A DNA stretch of 64,000 bases, from IMG/VR virus record IMGVR_UViG_3300028045_000007, positions 32,001-96,000 of that record, one strand, 5' to 3'. This document shows positions 27,866 to 37,700 of the stretch, piece by piece. Made by a program: the position numbers and the translations under genes. Numbering within the stretch: position 1 is the first letter of the stretch; every line of letters begins with the position of its first letter. This stretch comes from a virus. Below the pieces are notes generated by a model. That model worked only from the letters and a program-made list of their open reading frames with translations, was not told the origin of the DNA and searched no databases.

Positions 27866-28422
27866 AGCCACTCAGACAAACACAACAAGTCAACGTAGAC
27901 TTTATTTGTCCCTGGACACAGGAGAGTGGCGGCTGCCTAACGCTTGCCACCGCGTCTGGCGTTACGTTTGCACAATATGCATACGATCCTACGGATGCCG
28001 CCCCACTAGGCATGCAGCTCCACGATATTGAGTGGATGAATACGACCCTGCATTACAATAGGACATATCGCGGCATCACAACCGATGTGCCCTATGGCAC
28101 GGTTGGTATCGGGGTGCGGGGTGAATTTAGTACAGATTGGGTTTATCCTGTTGGTACGATATCACCCGGTGATACCGTATACGTTGGCCCCAGTGGTATG
28201 TTTACTAATTCTGATAGTTTTGGTGGCATGCAGATTGGCAGGTTCATCGGGGCACTGCAAACAGACCCTCATACAGTGACTTTTCGAGGAATGGGTTTTA
28301 GTCGTCAATACATGGACACCGTGACAAAACAAATTGTATGGGAAAACAACCCTGCTGACGCTACTGAGTTGGCAACTCCTGGATACATCAAGATTGCCGT
28401 AGACATGGGGGCTAGACTATGA
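27856..28422 (+). CDS. second decoration-like protein, paralogue of 25050..25517
   Basis: Shared K..RQT..N.D, E.GG, GEF.TD.V, PGDT.Y.G..G and G.IKI. Confidence 0.7.
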   Translation: MSIKPLRQTQQVNVDFICPWTQESGGCLTLATASGVTFAQYAYDPTDAAPLGMQLHDIEWMNTTLHYNRTYRGITTDVPYGTVGIGVRGEFSTDWVYPVGTISPGDTVYVGPSGMFTNSDSFGGMQIGRFIGALQTDPHTVTFRGMGFSRQYMDTVTKQIVWENNPADATELATPGYIKIAVDMGARL

Positions 28423-28961
28423 CACTACTACCTAGTAATCAAGATCTTACGGCAGCCAGCGGTTTAGTCAATATACCGTTCCTGGAGGGTATTTATCATT
28501 CTATGATGGATGAGGCGATGCTTGATATGGGGCGTGTGGTGACATTTCATTTGCCAGCTATTAGACAACAAGATACGACCACACAAAGCAAGGCTGCTCC
28601 ACAACAGTTTAATCCTTTCTTTGGTGGAGTTGCTGTACCGCAACATACCACTAGGCAGCCGGGGGTGCAGGTTACGCATCGCGATGTCAATTACAATGCT
28701 CAGATTGTGCTTGGACCGCAAAAAGTTGATAATGATGCCCAGGGCATCGGCGAATTGCTTGATGGCGAAGCAATGATTACTGTTGTTATTGAGGCATTAG
28801 AACACGTTGAAGAGGCTCATAGCGTCAGCATCGAGGGTCGTCGCTATGCTGTTCAGCATCCTACTCGCCCGGTTGGCTTTAGCCAAAGACGTTATCTAAT
28901 GGTAAAGCTTAGAGAGATTCAAGAGCTTGAGCCAGGAACCCCCGACAATACGGTTGGCTAA
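28419..28961 (+). CDS. putative head closure/neck protein
   Basis: Position, size and beta-rich IEGRRY..P.G pattern. Confidence 0.5.
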   Translation: MTLLPSNQDLTAASGLVNIPFLEGIYHSMMDEAMLDMGRVVTFHLPAIRQQDTTTQSKAAPQQFNPFFGGVAVPQHTTRQPGVQVTHRDVNYNAQIVLGPQKVDNDAQGIGELLDGEAMITVVIEALEHVEEAHSVSIEGRRYAVQHPTRPVGFSQRRYLMVKLREIQELEPGTPDNTVG

Positions 28962-28963
28962 TC

Positions 28964-29989
28964 ATGGGACTTGAATATAAACTACGCAGCTTGCTAAAGT
29001 TGAACTATAAGTTCTTCATTGACATGCATATGTTACGTGAAGGGGCTTTCACTACGATAGCATCTGGAGCAACATTCTATGATGGTAGCGACATGAGTGT
29101 TCTACTGCCAGATGCTCATGCAGATGATACGTTATATGGCGTTGCAGACGGACAAGTGTGGCAATCTCCTTTTCGACAATGGGTATACGAGTCTGGTGTT
29201 CCTCTCGATGGCACCAACGTTCCGTCGCCGCCTCTAGTTGCTTCGGGCGTTTACATTGAGGGTGCCTTCAGGGCTACAAATGATGCTGTCTTCCCGCACA
29301 CCATCGATTACATTAATGGTAGAGTAATCTTTGACACCCCTCAATCATTGGATTTACAGGTACACGGAGAATTCTCGACGCGAGAGGTTCGTGTAGGGTT
29401 TGAGCATGAGTTCAACCGACAGTTTAATACGGGGTTTTTGAATAGTAAGTATACTACAAACCCACTCACGTCCATGCAGTTGGTTTATCCTTCTGGTGCA
29501 GCACAACCATTCCCAGCCGTTTTTATTGAAGTAGATCGTCGAGACTTTAGTGCTTTCGAACTAGGAAACCGCAGTGCAATCATCGAAGACGAAATTAAGC
29601 TACATGTTTGGGCCGTCAATGACATTCAGCGTGACAACATTGTGGATATCTTAACTGGACAATGGCGTAAAGCATTGCCCATGATAGACTTCAATATTGC
29701 ACCATTGCCGCTTTCTGGCATATACAATACCTTGTCTCCTGAATATGTTGCATATCAGACTATGCTGAGAAATACAACTCTAGTGACCACAATTGGCTCT
29801 GGAGTGCCGATTCGATACATCTCTCACATCGATGAAGCGTATGCTCAAAATCTTCCCGCTGCGGAGGAATATGAGAGGGCGTTGGTGACGTATGTAGTCA
29901 AAGTATATCTTAACGCTCCAACTACGCCGCTAGGACAGGTTTTCGGTCCCATCACTACATTGCCGACTATACAGGACCCCGGTATTTAG
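28964..29989 (+). CDS. putative tail terminator/neck protein
   Basis: IDYINGRVIFD and PFPAVFIE...LHVWA...RDNIVDIL, directly before the tail tube gene. Confidence 0.55.
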   Translation: MGLEYKLRSLLKLNYKFFIDMHMLREGAFTTIASGATFYDGSDMSVLLPDAHADDTLYGVADGQVWQSPFRQWVYESGVPLDGTNVPSPPLVASGVYIEGAFRATNDAVFPHTIDYINGRVIFDTPQSLDLQVHGEFSTREVRVGFEHEFNRQFNTGFLNSKYTTNPLTSMQLVYPSGAAQPFPAVFIEVDRRDFSAFELGNRSAIIEDEIKLHVWAVNDIQRDNIVDILTGQWRKALPMIDFNIAPLPLSGIYNTLSPEYVAYQTMLRNTTLVTTIGSGVPIRYISHIDEAYAQNLPAAEEYERALVTYVVKVYLNAPTTPLGQVFGPITTLPTIQDPGI

Positions 29990-29996
29990 TGTACTA
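29986..29996 (+). promoter_or_regulatory. putative late promoter (TTAGTGTA)
   Basis: TTAGTGTACTA upstream of the tail tube gene. Confidence 0.65.
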
Positions 29997-30068
29997 TCGT
30001 TTAGCGGCAATGGTACCACGCTGTGAGATTTTGAGTTCATGAACTGCCCCGATTAGGGAGGAAACAAT

Positions 30069-31487
30069 ATGGCTAACAACAACCGTGTCTTCTGGGCGAT
30101 CGAGCAAGTCGCCATTAAAGATAACGCAGCTCCTCCGACTGGGGCTGTGGCACCTGTAAACTCACGAGAGTTTAGTACAGGCGTCCTTGCTTCTGGTATT
30201 GACGAGATTGGGGGTATCTGGGAGGTACCTCGTGGTCTTCAAAGTATTGGTATGTCCACGACGTTTAATCTTGAGCAAGTTTTCCAACTTGGACAAGTAG
30301 AGCTTTACGAGTATTCTGAGCGTCAACCAGATATTGAAGTCACCATGTCAAAGATTATCGACGGTACCAAGCCGTTGTTCTTGATGGTGACCGATCCGGC
30401 TGGTGCTAATGACATTGTGGCTCGTACTACCAGTTATCGAGTCGATGTTGCTCTCCAGATCTATCCTGATTCACAATTCCGTGCCACCGGCAGACCGCAG
30501 TCTATTGTTACTGCTTCCGGCATGTACTTGTCCAACGTCTCGTACGTTTTCCCGATTGATGGTGCGGTCACCGAAGACGTAACGTTAGTTGGTAACGACA
30601 AGATTTGGGGTTCGATCGTGGCGGTTAGTGGTCAAACTGCTGGTCATGATGGCGGTCAAGGTGGCGGCGAGCCGCTGGTTCCGTGGCCCGATGCTCAAGA
30701 TGGTGAGACTCCTATGGCTCCGGAAGGTACACCATCTGGTGTATTTGGTCACGATGGCCTGACTTCGGCTCTTGTCGAAGGTGGTGCGTCAGAATTGGCT
30801 GGCGGCACAGATCGTTTTGGTGTTATCATCGTAGGTTCTGGCGTACAGCGTCGCGAAGAGATTGACATCCGTCGCTCTATTCTACCGCGAGATATTCCTG
30901 GTGTCATTAGTCCTGTTGTGTCTGGTATTGATGCGGCCTATGTAAACGGCGGCGGTGGTGCTGAGGGTCCTGGTACCCTGCTTGGCACCGACGTGTTGAT
31001 TGGTAATGCCAACACTGACTATATTGCAGAGCACGTTCAGTCAATCACTTTGTCCTTCGCGATTGCACGTGAAGACATCTTTGAACTTGGTTCGAAGCGT
31101 CCATACGTCAAGGTGCCTGATTATCCGCTAGAGGCGACGACTGCTGTTGAGGTTATCACGGCTCAGGGTGACTTGGTTGATGCCACTTCTACTCCTGATT
31201 ATGGTGGTGACAACACATCGTCCTCTAACACGGTTATCATCCGTACTTGCGATGGTCTCCAGGTTGACCTTGGTGACACCAACCGTCTGACGGGCGTTGA
31301 TATGGGTGGCGGAGATGCTGGCGGTGACAATATGACTGTTACCTACAACTACTCTAGCTTTAACGTATTCAACGTTTCTCATGACTTCTTCCAGCCCAAC
31401 CACCGTGTTTTAGTATTCGAAACCGGGAACAGTCGCTTCAACGTTGGGGCTCCTTCGTTCCTGCGTTCTGATTTGGGTATCTTCTAG
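30069..31487 (+). CDS. major tail tube protein
   Basis: GLQSIGM.T.FNLEQVFQLG and QSITLS...REDIFELG (duplicated tube-domain motif); strong RBS, own promoter and terminator. Confidence 0.72.
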   Translation: MANNNRVFWAIEQVAIKDNAAPPTGAVAPVNSREFSTGVLASGIDEIGGIWEVPRGLQSIGMSTTFNLEQVFQLGQVELYEYSERQPDIEVTMSKIIDGTKPLFLMVTDPAGANDIVARTTSYRVDVALQIYPDSQFRATGRPQSIVTASGMYLSNVSYVFPIDGAVTEDVTLVGNDKIWGSIVAVSGQTAGHDGGQGGGEPLVPWPDAQDGETPMAPEGTPSGVFGHDGLTSALVEGGASELAGGTDRFGVIIVGSGVQRREEIDIRRSILPRDIPGVISPVVSGIDAAYVNGGGGAEGPGTLLGTDVLIGNANTDYIAEHVQSITLSFAIAREDIFELGSKRPYVKVPDYPLEATTAVEVITAQGDLVDATSTPDYGGDNTSSSNTVIIRTCDGLQVDLGDTNRLTGVDMGGGDAGGDNMTVTYNYSSFNVFNVSHDFFQPNHRVLVFETGNSRFNVGAPSFLRSDLGIF

Positions 31488-31492
31488 TAAGG

Positions 31493-31579
31493 TACTGTTC
31501 GGCGGCGAGGTCTCGGGGGTGATCTCGCCGCTCTTTCTACCCCCAGGTGCAAGGTACAATTCGTTTTGCGTACACAGTA
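31493..31579 (+). ncRNA. candidate structured RNA with a pseudoknot
   Basis: 12-bp stem 31501-12/31521-32; loop GGGGGT pairs with ACCCCC at 31539-44; closing TACTGT/ACAGTA. Confidence 0.35.
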
Positions 31580-31603
31580 GGGGCACCATCGTGCCCCTTT
31601 TTT
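31579..31603 (+). terminator. intrinsic terminator
   Basis: AGGGGCAC-CATC-GTGCCCCT-TTTTT. Confidence 0.85.
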
Positions 31604-31606
31604 AGT

Positions 31607-32794
31607 ATGACGGTACAGGATAAAATCAATAAGCTTTTGTGGGATCGTAGATGTGTCGTGTTTCCTAGCGACATGGAGATCCCAGATGGTCTAGAATATG
31701 TTATGTTGTTGGACCTGACGTTAGAAGACCGCAATCGCTATATCATGGTACGCGATTTAGAGGAACGCAAGAATCGTGCTATGGGAGTCCCTACCGAGGG
31801 TGAGCTACTTGACAATGCTCGTGCGGGGGGATATTGGGGCGACGTAGAGACAGAGATCGAAAGTCATGCCGACGAACACTTGGCTTTTCTTGAGGCAGAA
31901 TTTAACGCAAAGAAGAAGTTTAAATCTCGTCAAAATATCATCAAGAAACAGATTGAAGATACGATTGCCAAGCAAGAGTGGGTAAAGCGTAAACGCAATG
32001 ACTTTCGCATGAATAGTGCGGGTTATTTAGCACACGAAGTCGCGTCGTTTAGCATGTTGAGACGGGTTGCGATGAAGTCAGATGAGACTCCATTATTTCC
32101 AGACGATCAGACATTCCTGCGATACAAGAAAGAGTACCCTGAATTAGTATACTTCCTACTTAATGAAGTTATCACGGAGGGTCCACTCGAAACGCACGTC
32201 CTAAGACAGATAGCACGCTCTCCCGAATGGAGGCTTGTATGGACCCTCAGTAGAGAGAACCTATCTTCGGTCTTTGGTCGTCCCTCTGGTGATCTCACGC
32301 TAAATCAACGTATGGTCACATACTGGAGCCGCGTTTATGACTCTGCGTTTGAGAGTCACGAACCGCCCGAGCATGGCACTATTGATGATGACGATCTTTT
32401 CGATCAATGGCTCGCGAATCGTGATCTTGGCGAGACAGAAAGTGCAAAGAGAGACAATGCGATCAACTGTCATGAACGCGGACAGGTGTTAGATGGCGAG
32501 TACGTAGAGCAATGCACGTGCGGTGCCAAGATGAGAAACAAAGGTAAGTATCTGGGAGAAAGAGAACGACATGCTCCAGATTGTTTACATGGTACTTGGC
32601 ATCGGTATACCCCCGAAGAAAAAGCCGTACACTCACAAAGAATTTATGGTCGCAACTCGAATCATGTGCGTAACCTGATAGACAAAGAACAGGAACAAGT
32701 TTTAAACCAGGGCGTAGTAGAAGAGCAGGATCTACGTGGCAAGAACACTAGACAGTTGCTCGGTATGAAATCAAACGTCATTCCTATTAAATAA
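31607..32794 (+). CDS. putative tail assembly chaperone (long form)
   Basis: Between tube and tape measure genes; shares G.W and MNSA..A motifs with 33345..34130. Confidence 0.55.
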   Translation: MTVQDKINKLLWDRRCVVFPSDMEIPDGLEYVMLLDLTLEDRNRYIMVRDLEERKNRAMGVPTEGELLDNARAGGYWGDVETEIESHADEHLAFLEAEFNAKKKFKSRQNIIKKQIEDTIAKQEWVKRKRNDFRMNSAGYLAHEVASFSMLRRVAMKSDETPLFPDDQTFLRYKKEYPELVYFLLNEVITEGPLETHVLRQIARSPEWRLVWTLSRENLSSVFGRPSGDLTLNQRMVTYWSRVYDSAFESHEPPEHGTIDDDDLFDQWLANRDLGETESAKRDNAINCHERGQVLDGEYVEQCTCGAKMRNKGKYLGERERHAPDCLHGTWHRYTPEEKAVHSQRIYGRNSNHVRNLIDKEQEQVLNQGVVEEQDLRGKNTRQLLGMKSNVIPIK

Positions 32795-33342
32795 TGAAAA
32801 GAAATAATCCATCCAGAGATCAATTATCCAAGAGTTTGGATCGCAGAGTGCGACATCTCATGATTCAGACGCTTGAGCAGTTTGAGGATATGTTCCCAGA
32901 CATAGACTCTACAAAGCAGGGACACATTTTCAAGGGCGGTATTCGCAACGCTTTTAATGACGTGATACGTGCTCAACGAGACGAGCTACTGGATTACGAG
33001 GTCGATTTTCGTCCGTTACGCATGACCAATGACAATGTTCTTGCGATGACCCAGACGTTCATGCAGACAGTTCAGCATGTTGAAATGGACATATATGCTG
33101 ACGTGCCGAGACTTAGAATTTATGGCGACAAAAACCGAGCCAAGGTTTTAGACTCTGTACGACTTGAGTTTGGCACAGGAGTGATATATCAAGAGGACGA
33201 CCGACTTGTTCTTGAAATTGTTGGTACGCAAAGTTGTGTCGATTGTGTATTATCTATTATGGACCGCTATCGCTTACATGCCAATGTGCATGGTAAGTAC
33301 CAAGAATGGCGGAGCGAGGTTGTTAGACTATATAGGAGTTAG
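32794..33342 (+). CDS. hypothetical protein
   Basis: 182-aa coupled ORF. Confidence 0.65.
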   Translation: MKRNNPSRDQLSKSLDRRVRHLMIQTLEQFEDMFPDIDSTKQGHIFKGGIRNAFNDVIRAQRDELLDYEVDFRPLRMTNDNVLAMTQTFMQTVQHVEMDIYADVPRLRIYGDKNRAKVLDSVRLEFGTGVIYQEDDRLVLEIVGTQSCVDCVLSIMDRYRLHANVHGKYQEWRSEVVRLYRS

Positions 33343-33344
33343 GA

Positions 33345-34130
33345 ATGGTAGAGCGTAAATTTAAGGCAGCAGATCGTAATGGTACGGTGTGCGATTTTGA
33401 GCTAAAGCCGCCCGGCTTGGCCGAGGAAAACGAAGGCGAACGCCAGTATCGTATAGCCTACAGCAAATCCCTTGTTGAAGGCATCTTCCCTCGTGAAAAG
33501 CTTAGAGAAGTGATGCGAGACCATGGGATGTGGACCGAGGAAGACGACGCCGAACTCAAGAAAGCCGTAGGCAATATTGCTGTGCATCAAATTGAGCTTC
33601 GTAACGCCGAGACCGAAGGTGACGACAAGACATGCGAGAGTGCAGCACAGACAATTGCCGAAGCACGACGTAGAATGTGGGAGCTTTTTCTAGTACAACA
33701 AAGCGTTTACATGAATTCGGCAGAGGGCGTCGCCGAGATGATTAAGACAGAGGCCATTATGGCAACTTGCACGCACGTCCAAGCCACTGGCAAGCCTTAC
33801 TGGAAGGACTATGCCGAGTACGTGCGTGAACGTGACTTAAACCCAAAGTCCACCGTCTATGCTCACGTCATTGAGATTCAGTCTAAGATTCTAGACTCTG
33901 CTCGTGAAGGACTAATGGAGGACTATCCAGAGTACTCGTATCTCAAGAGTGCAGAAGAACGTGTACTGGATCGCGAGGTCGAGGAAGAGGTAGTGAAGGA
34001 GCTTCGCTCGCGTGCCGACAAGGCTATCGCGAAAGACAAGAAGCCAGTTAAAAAGAAGAAGGTAAGTCGCAAGAAGAAGGTGGGGAAACGTGAAAAAGGG
34101 GTGGAAACTAAAACTGATACGACCGGCTGA
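33345..34130 (+). CDS. putative tail assembly chaperone (short form)
   Basis: Helical; paralogous motifs with 31607..32794. Confidence 0.55.
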   Translation: MVERKFKAADRNGTVCDFELKPPGLAEENEGERQYRIAYSKSLVEGIFPREKLREVMRDHGMWTEEDDAELKKAVGNIAVHQIELRNAETEGDDKTCESAAQTIAEARRRMWELFLVQQSVYMNSAEGVAEMIKTEAIMATCTHVQATGKPYWKDYAEYVRERDLNPKSTVYAHVIEIQSKILDSAREGLMEDYPEYSYLKSAEERVLDREVEEEVVKELRSRADKAIAKDKKPVKKKKVSRKKKVGKREKGVETKTDTTG

Positions 34131-34737
34131 GGCTGTTCGTGTAGCAGTAGACAAAGCTTGGAGTTTAGCTCTCAAGGATCTATCGTCGTGGGCGGAGACA
34201 AGTCTCGTCGATGCGATGGTTGATGGGGGGTTGGGCGTCGAAGGTATTGCACAGACAGAGTTTTACCGTTTTGTTTCTAGCCCAGAGGGTCTCGGTCAAC
34301 TTGGTATTGAGCGAACAGAGCCACCCAAACTACTAGCCGCCTATCGCAGATCGTTCAAGGTGTCAAGCACCAACAGACTTTTACTTTTGAGGTTTGGCGA
34401 TATGGCACAACTGAAGATGGGCACACCTCACCCTGCTGCTGGCACGGGCCACCTACAGATTGAGTCTTGGCTGGAGTGGATTGTGGACGGCGACACCGTA
34501 CAGAGTGGTTATGTCCCCAGAGAGCGTTTGCCGGTGAGTGCTCAGAAACGCATTCGTATTGATTCTGCCCCTGGCGGTCTCATGTTGCCCCGTGGTGCCT
34601 TTGGCAGTCTCGGGTCGTGGGCATTTCCAGCCAGCCTACGTGGCTATGAACGCAAGTGGTTCAAGGACAACGTCAAGAAGATTGAGAAAGCAATCACTCG
34701 AAAGATGGTTGTGTTTCTAACCAGGAGGCTAGGTTAA
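34090..34737 (+). CDS. putative tail completion/neck protein
   Basis: 215 aa with a WLEWI motif, directly before the tape measure gene. Confidence 0.5.
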   Translation: MKKGWKLKLIRPAEAVRVAVDKAWSLALKDLSSWAETSLVDAMVDGGLGVEGIAQTEFYRFVSSPEGLGQLGIERTEPPKLLAAYRRSFKVSSTNRLLLLRFGDMAQLKMGTPHPAAGTGHLQIESWLEWIVDGDTVQSGYVPRERLPVSAQKRIRIDSAPGGLMLPRGAFGSLGSWAFPASLRGYERKWFKDNVKKIEKAITRKMVVFLTRRLG

Positions 34738-37700
34738 ATGGGTAAAGTACAACTAGAAGCCGTCCTGAAGCTCGTTGACGTTCAGATCAACCCGCAGGTA
34801 TTCCAGAAGATCAGCCAGTCTGTGGCCGGTATGCCGCCAGCCCTGGGTAAGTCCAGCGATGCACTCAAGAAAACCGGCGTACATGCCGACACGCTCAACA
34901 AGAAGCTCAGGGGCACAAAAGAAGTAATCAACGCAAACGAGCGTGCAGCACGCCTGTTCTTGCGTCGTATGGCCCAGTTTGCCATCCTGCTCCCCACGTT
35001 CGCAACGCTGAACCGTGCTATCCAGGGCGGCGTGAAGTTCCTGTTTGATTTCGACAGTGCCCTGAGGGACATTGTACGTATTGACATTGGTAATTTGAAG
35101 GACCGTATGGAAGAGGTGGGCGATGCCGCCTTGGCAACCGCTGTCAAATATGGAGTGACAGGCACAGAGGTTTTGCGTGCAACCCGTATCTTCAAGCAGG
35201 CTGGTTTTACAATCGAGGAGTCTCAAGCGAAGGCAGAGGCGGCCATTCTTGCCACGCAGATCTCTACGTTGACTTCTGCTCAGGCGACCGAAGTGTTCAT
35301 TGCTGCCCAGAAGCAGTTTGGAGCAGAGGGTCAGAACTCTATTTCAGTTCTAGATAAACTCGCTAAGGTTGAAGACCTTGCTGCCGTAAACGCTTCCGAT
35401 GTTGCCGATGCCTTCCGTACTGGTGGTAACGCTCTTGCTGAATTCTCGAAAAGCATTGATGATTCTGTTGGTATCATTGCTGCCCTTAGAGAGCAGAGTC
35501 GTAAGTCCGGTCGTGAAATTGGTACGTTCCTGAAGACCATTCAAACTCGTATGTTTGCTGCCGGTGAAGCTCGTAGCTCTCTTGAGTCGCTTGGTGTCAC
35601 GGTAGAGAATTTAGATGGCTCGTTGCGTCCAACGCTTAGTGTATTAGACGATCTTAAAGATAAATTCGATGGTCTAACGCAAGCACAGAGGACAAATGCC
35701 GCTAAGTCCATCGCTGGTATTCGTCAGTTCGAATCGCTGTTGGCTGTCTTGAACTCATTAGAACGTGCAAACGAGTTATCGGCGGCATCTAGCAGGGCTG
35801 CCGGTACCGCCGATGAGAAACGTGTTATTACTGATGCTAAACTAGAACGTCAGGTTGGTAAGCTTATTGCTCAAGGACAAGCGTTTGCAGAAGCTATGGG
35901 TGATGCTGGATTAGAAGATACGTTAGCGTCTGCATTAAAAATGGCTGAAAGGCTTCTTTTAGTATTTACTTCTTTCTCTAATGTTCTTAGTGATATTGGC
36001 GGAAGTATTGTTCCATTATTAGCACTTAGCGGCATTACCCTTGGTCGTAGCGTATTCGGCCTTGGCGGTGGAGGTAAGCCAGGAGGCAAACCAGGAGATG
36101 CCACAAAGGGTAATGTTCAAAAGCCAGGACTTGACAAGAACTTTATTGGCCCGTTAAACAAAACACAATCTCAAATTGCTTCTTTCGGTACACAAATGAA
36201 GCGTGCTGGTTCTATTGTGGCCGATAGTACCAAAATTACCGCCATGAGAGTTGCTCAGGGTAGACAATTGGTTACTATTGGTTCTACAGAGATCACTGGT
36301 GTTAAAGCAAGGGCAGCAGCACATAAACAACTTACTGCTGCTATTAAGCAAAATATATCCGCCATCAAGGCTTCTAGTGCTGCACGCACAGCTCAAGGTG
36401 GTGGGTTAAAAGGAGCCCTGGGTGGAGCCGCCGGAACCGCACTCTTTACTCTTGGTGGTGCAACTATTCCTGCGTTGTTTGAAAGTATAGCCAAGAGGTT
36501 ACGTTCTTTTGATAATAACATTGCCAATCTCGGTGCAGAGACTCTAGACGCGAGTAGTAGTACTCTATCGATGGCCGCTCAGTTTGCTGTACTTGGAGGT
36601 AAGGCTTCTGCGATAGCGGGGGCCGTTGGTGCCGTATCAAACGCTATGCCCAAGATCTTAAATGCAATTGATGACGAGTTTGTTGCTCGCAAAGAACTTA
36701 AAAATACGATCAAAAATCAGCAGAAGGAAGAGGGCATTGCTGCCAAGCTTGGGTCTAGAAGTCAAGCCGGAACGGCTGTTGCTAGTAAGCTGTTTGGTTC
36801 TTTTAGTGCGGCAGCAGAACGTGCTGGCACTGAAGGCGGACAAGCTCTTCATAGGGAATTACAAGCTGCCTTCGAGGAAATAGGCAAGGACTTTGGCACT
36901 ACCGGGCAAGATTTTGCAAAGACGTTTCTAACTCCAGTTACAAACGAATTGGGCGGAATTGTTGATAGTAATGCTATTGGTATCGACACACTAAAACAGC
37001 TTAAAACAGAAATTTCTGATGCTTCTGGTTTAACCGGTATCGATATTGCCATTGTTGCACACAAAGAACTCCTCAAATCAATTGCCGAAGAAAATGGTAC
37101 TCTGAAGGAATATGATCGTCTTATCAAGGGCGTCTCTGATGGCACCTTACGTTCCAATGAATCACTTAGTAGTATGTTGGACGTTCTCGGCAAGGGCACC
37201 ATTAAGTTCAATGAATTTACTCTTGGGGCAACGTCTGTCAATAAGTCCTTAAGTGAATTAGGAAAAATAAGTAAGCTTCAGGGTGCTATCGATAGTTTCC
37301 GTACATTAGGACTAGAATTAGATCTTGCTAAACTTGGTCCGGAAGCTTTGGCTGACTCTGTTGTTAGAATGCAGCAAGAATTACTACTGTCAGAACGAGA
37401 GTTTGGTAATACGAGCAAAAGACTAGGAAAAGATATCGATGATCTTACTGGGCACATCAGTGAACTTGGTATCTTTAGTAAAGGTGCAGAGCTTTTTCAA
37501 GCCGCTCAGGAAGGTTTGGATTCTATGGATTCAAGCGAAATCGCAGCGTTCAATCAATTTATGAAGGAACAGCCACCAGCGGTGCGTGAGACCATAGCAG
37601 AACTTTTGAAATTACGCGAACAACAACGTCAAGCCGAACTTGATTTTCAGAATCAGCAAAATGCATTACAGGGTGAAATGATCGCTCGTCGCAAGGCAAT

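Noticed and set aside
30069-31487. Tail sheath (myovirus) assignment
   Set aside because: Motifs fit a tube protein, and no sheath or baseplate wedge genes were recognised in the window.
31485-31545. Pseudoknot-stimulated stop-codon readthrough of the tail tube gene
   Set aside because: The gene ends in a double stop (TAG TAA) and there is no slippery heptamer.
34085-34102. GAAAAAGGGG as a tail-chaperone -1 frameshift site
   Set aside because: The downstream ORF is in the +1 frame and has its own GTG start with a purine-rich RBS.
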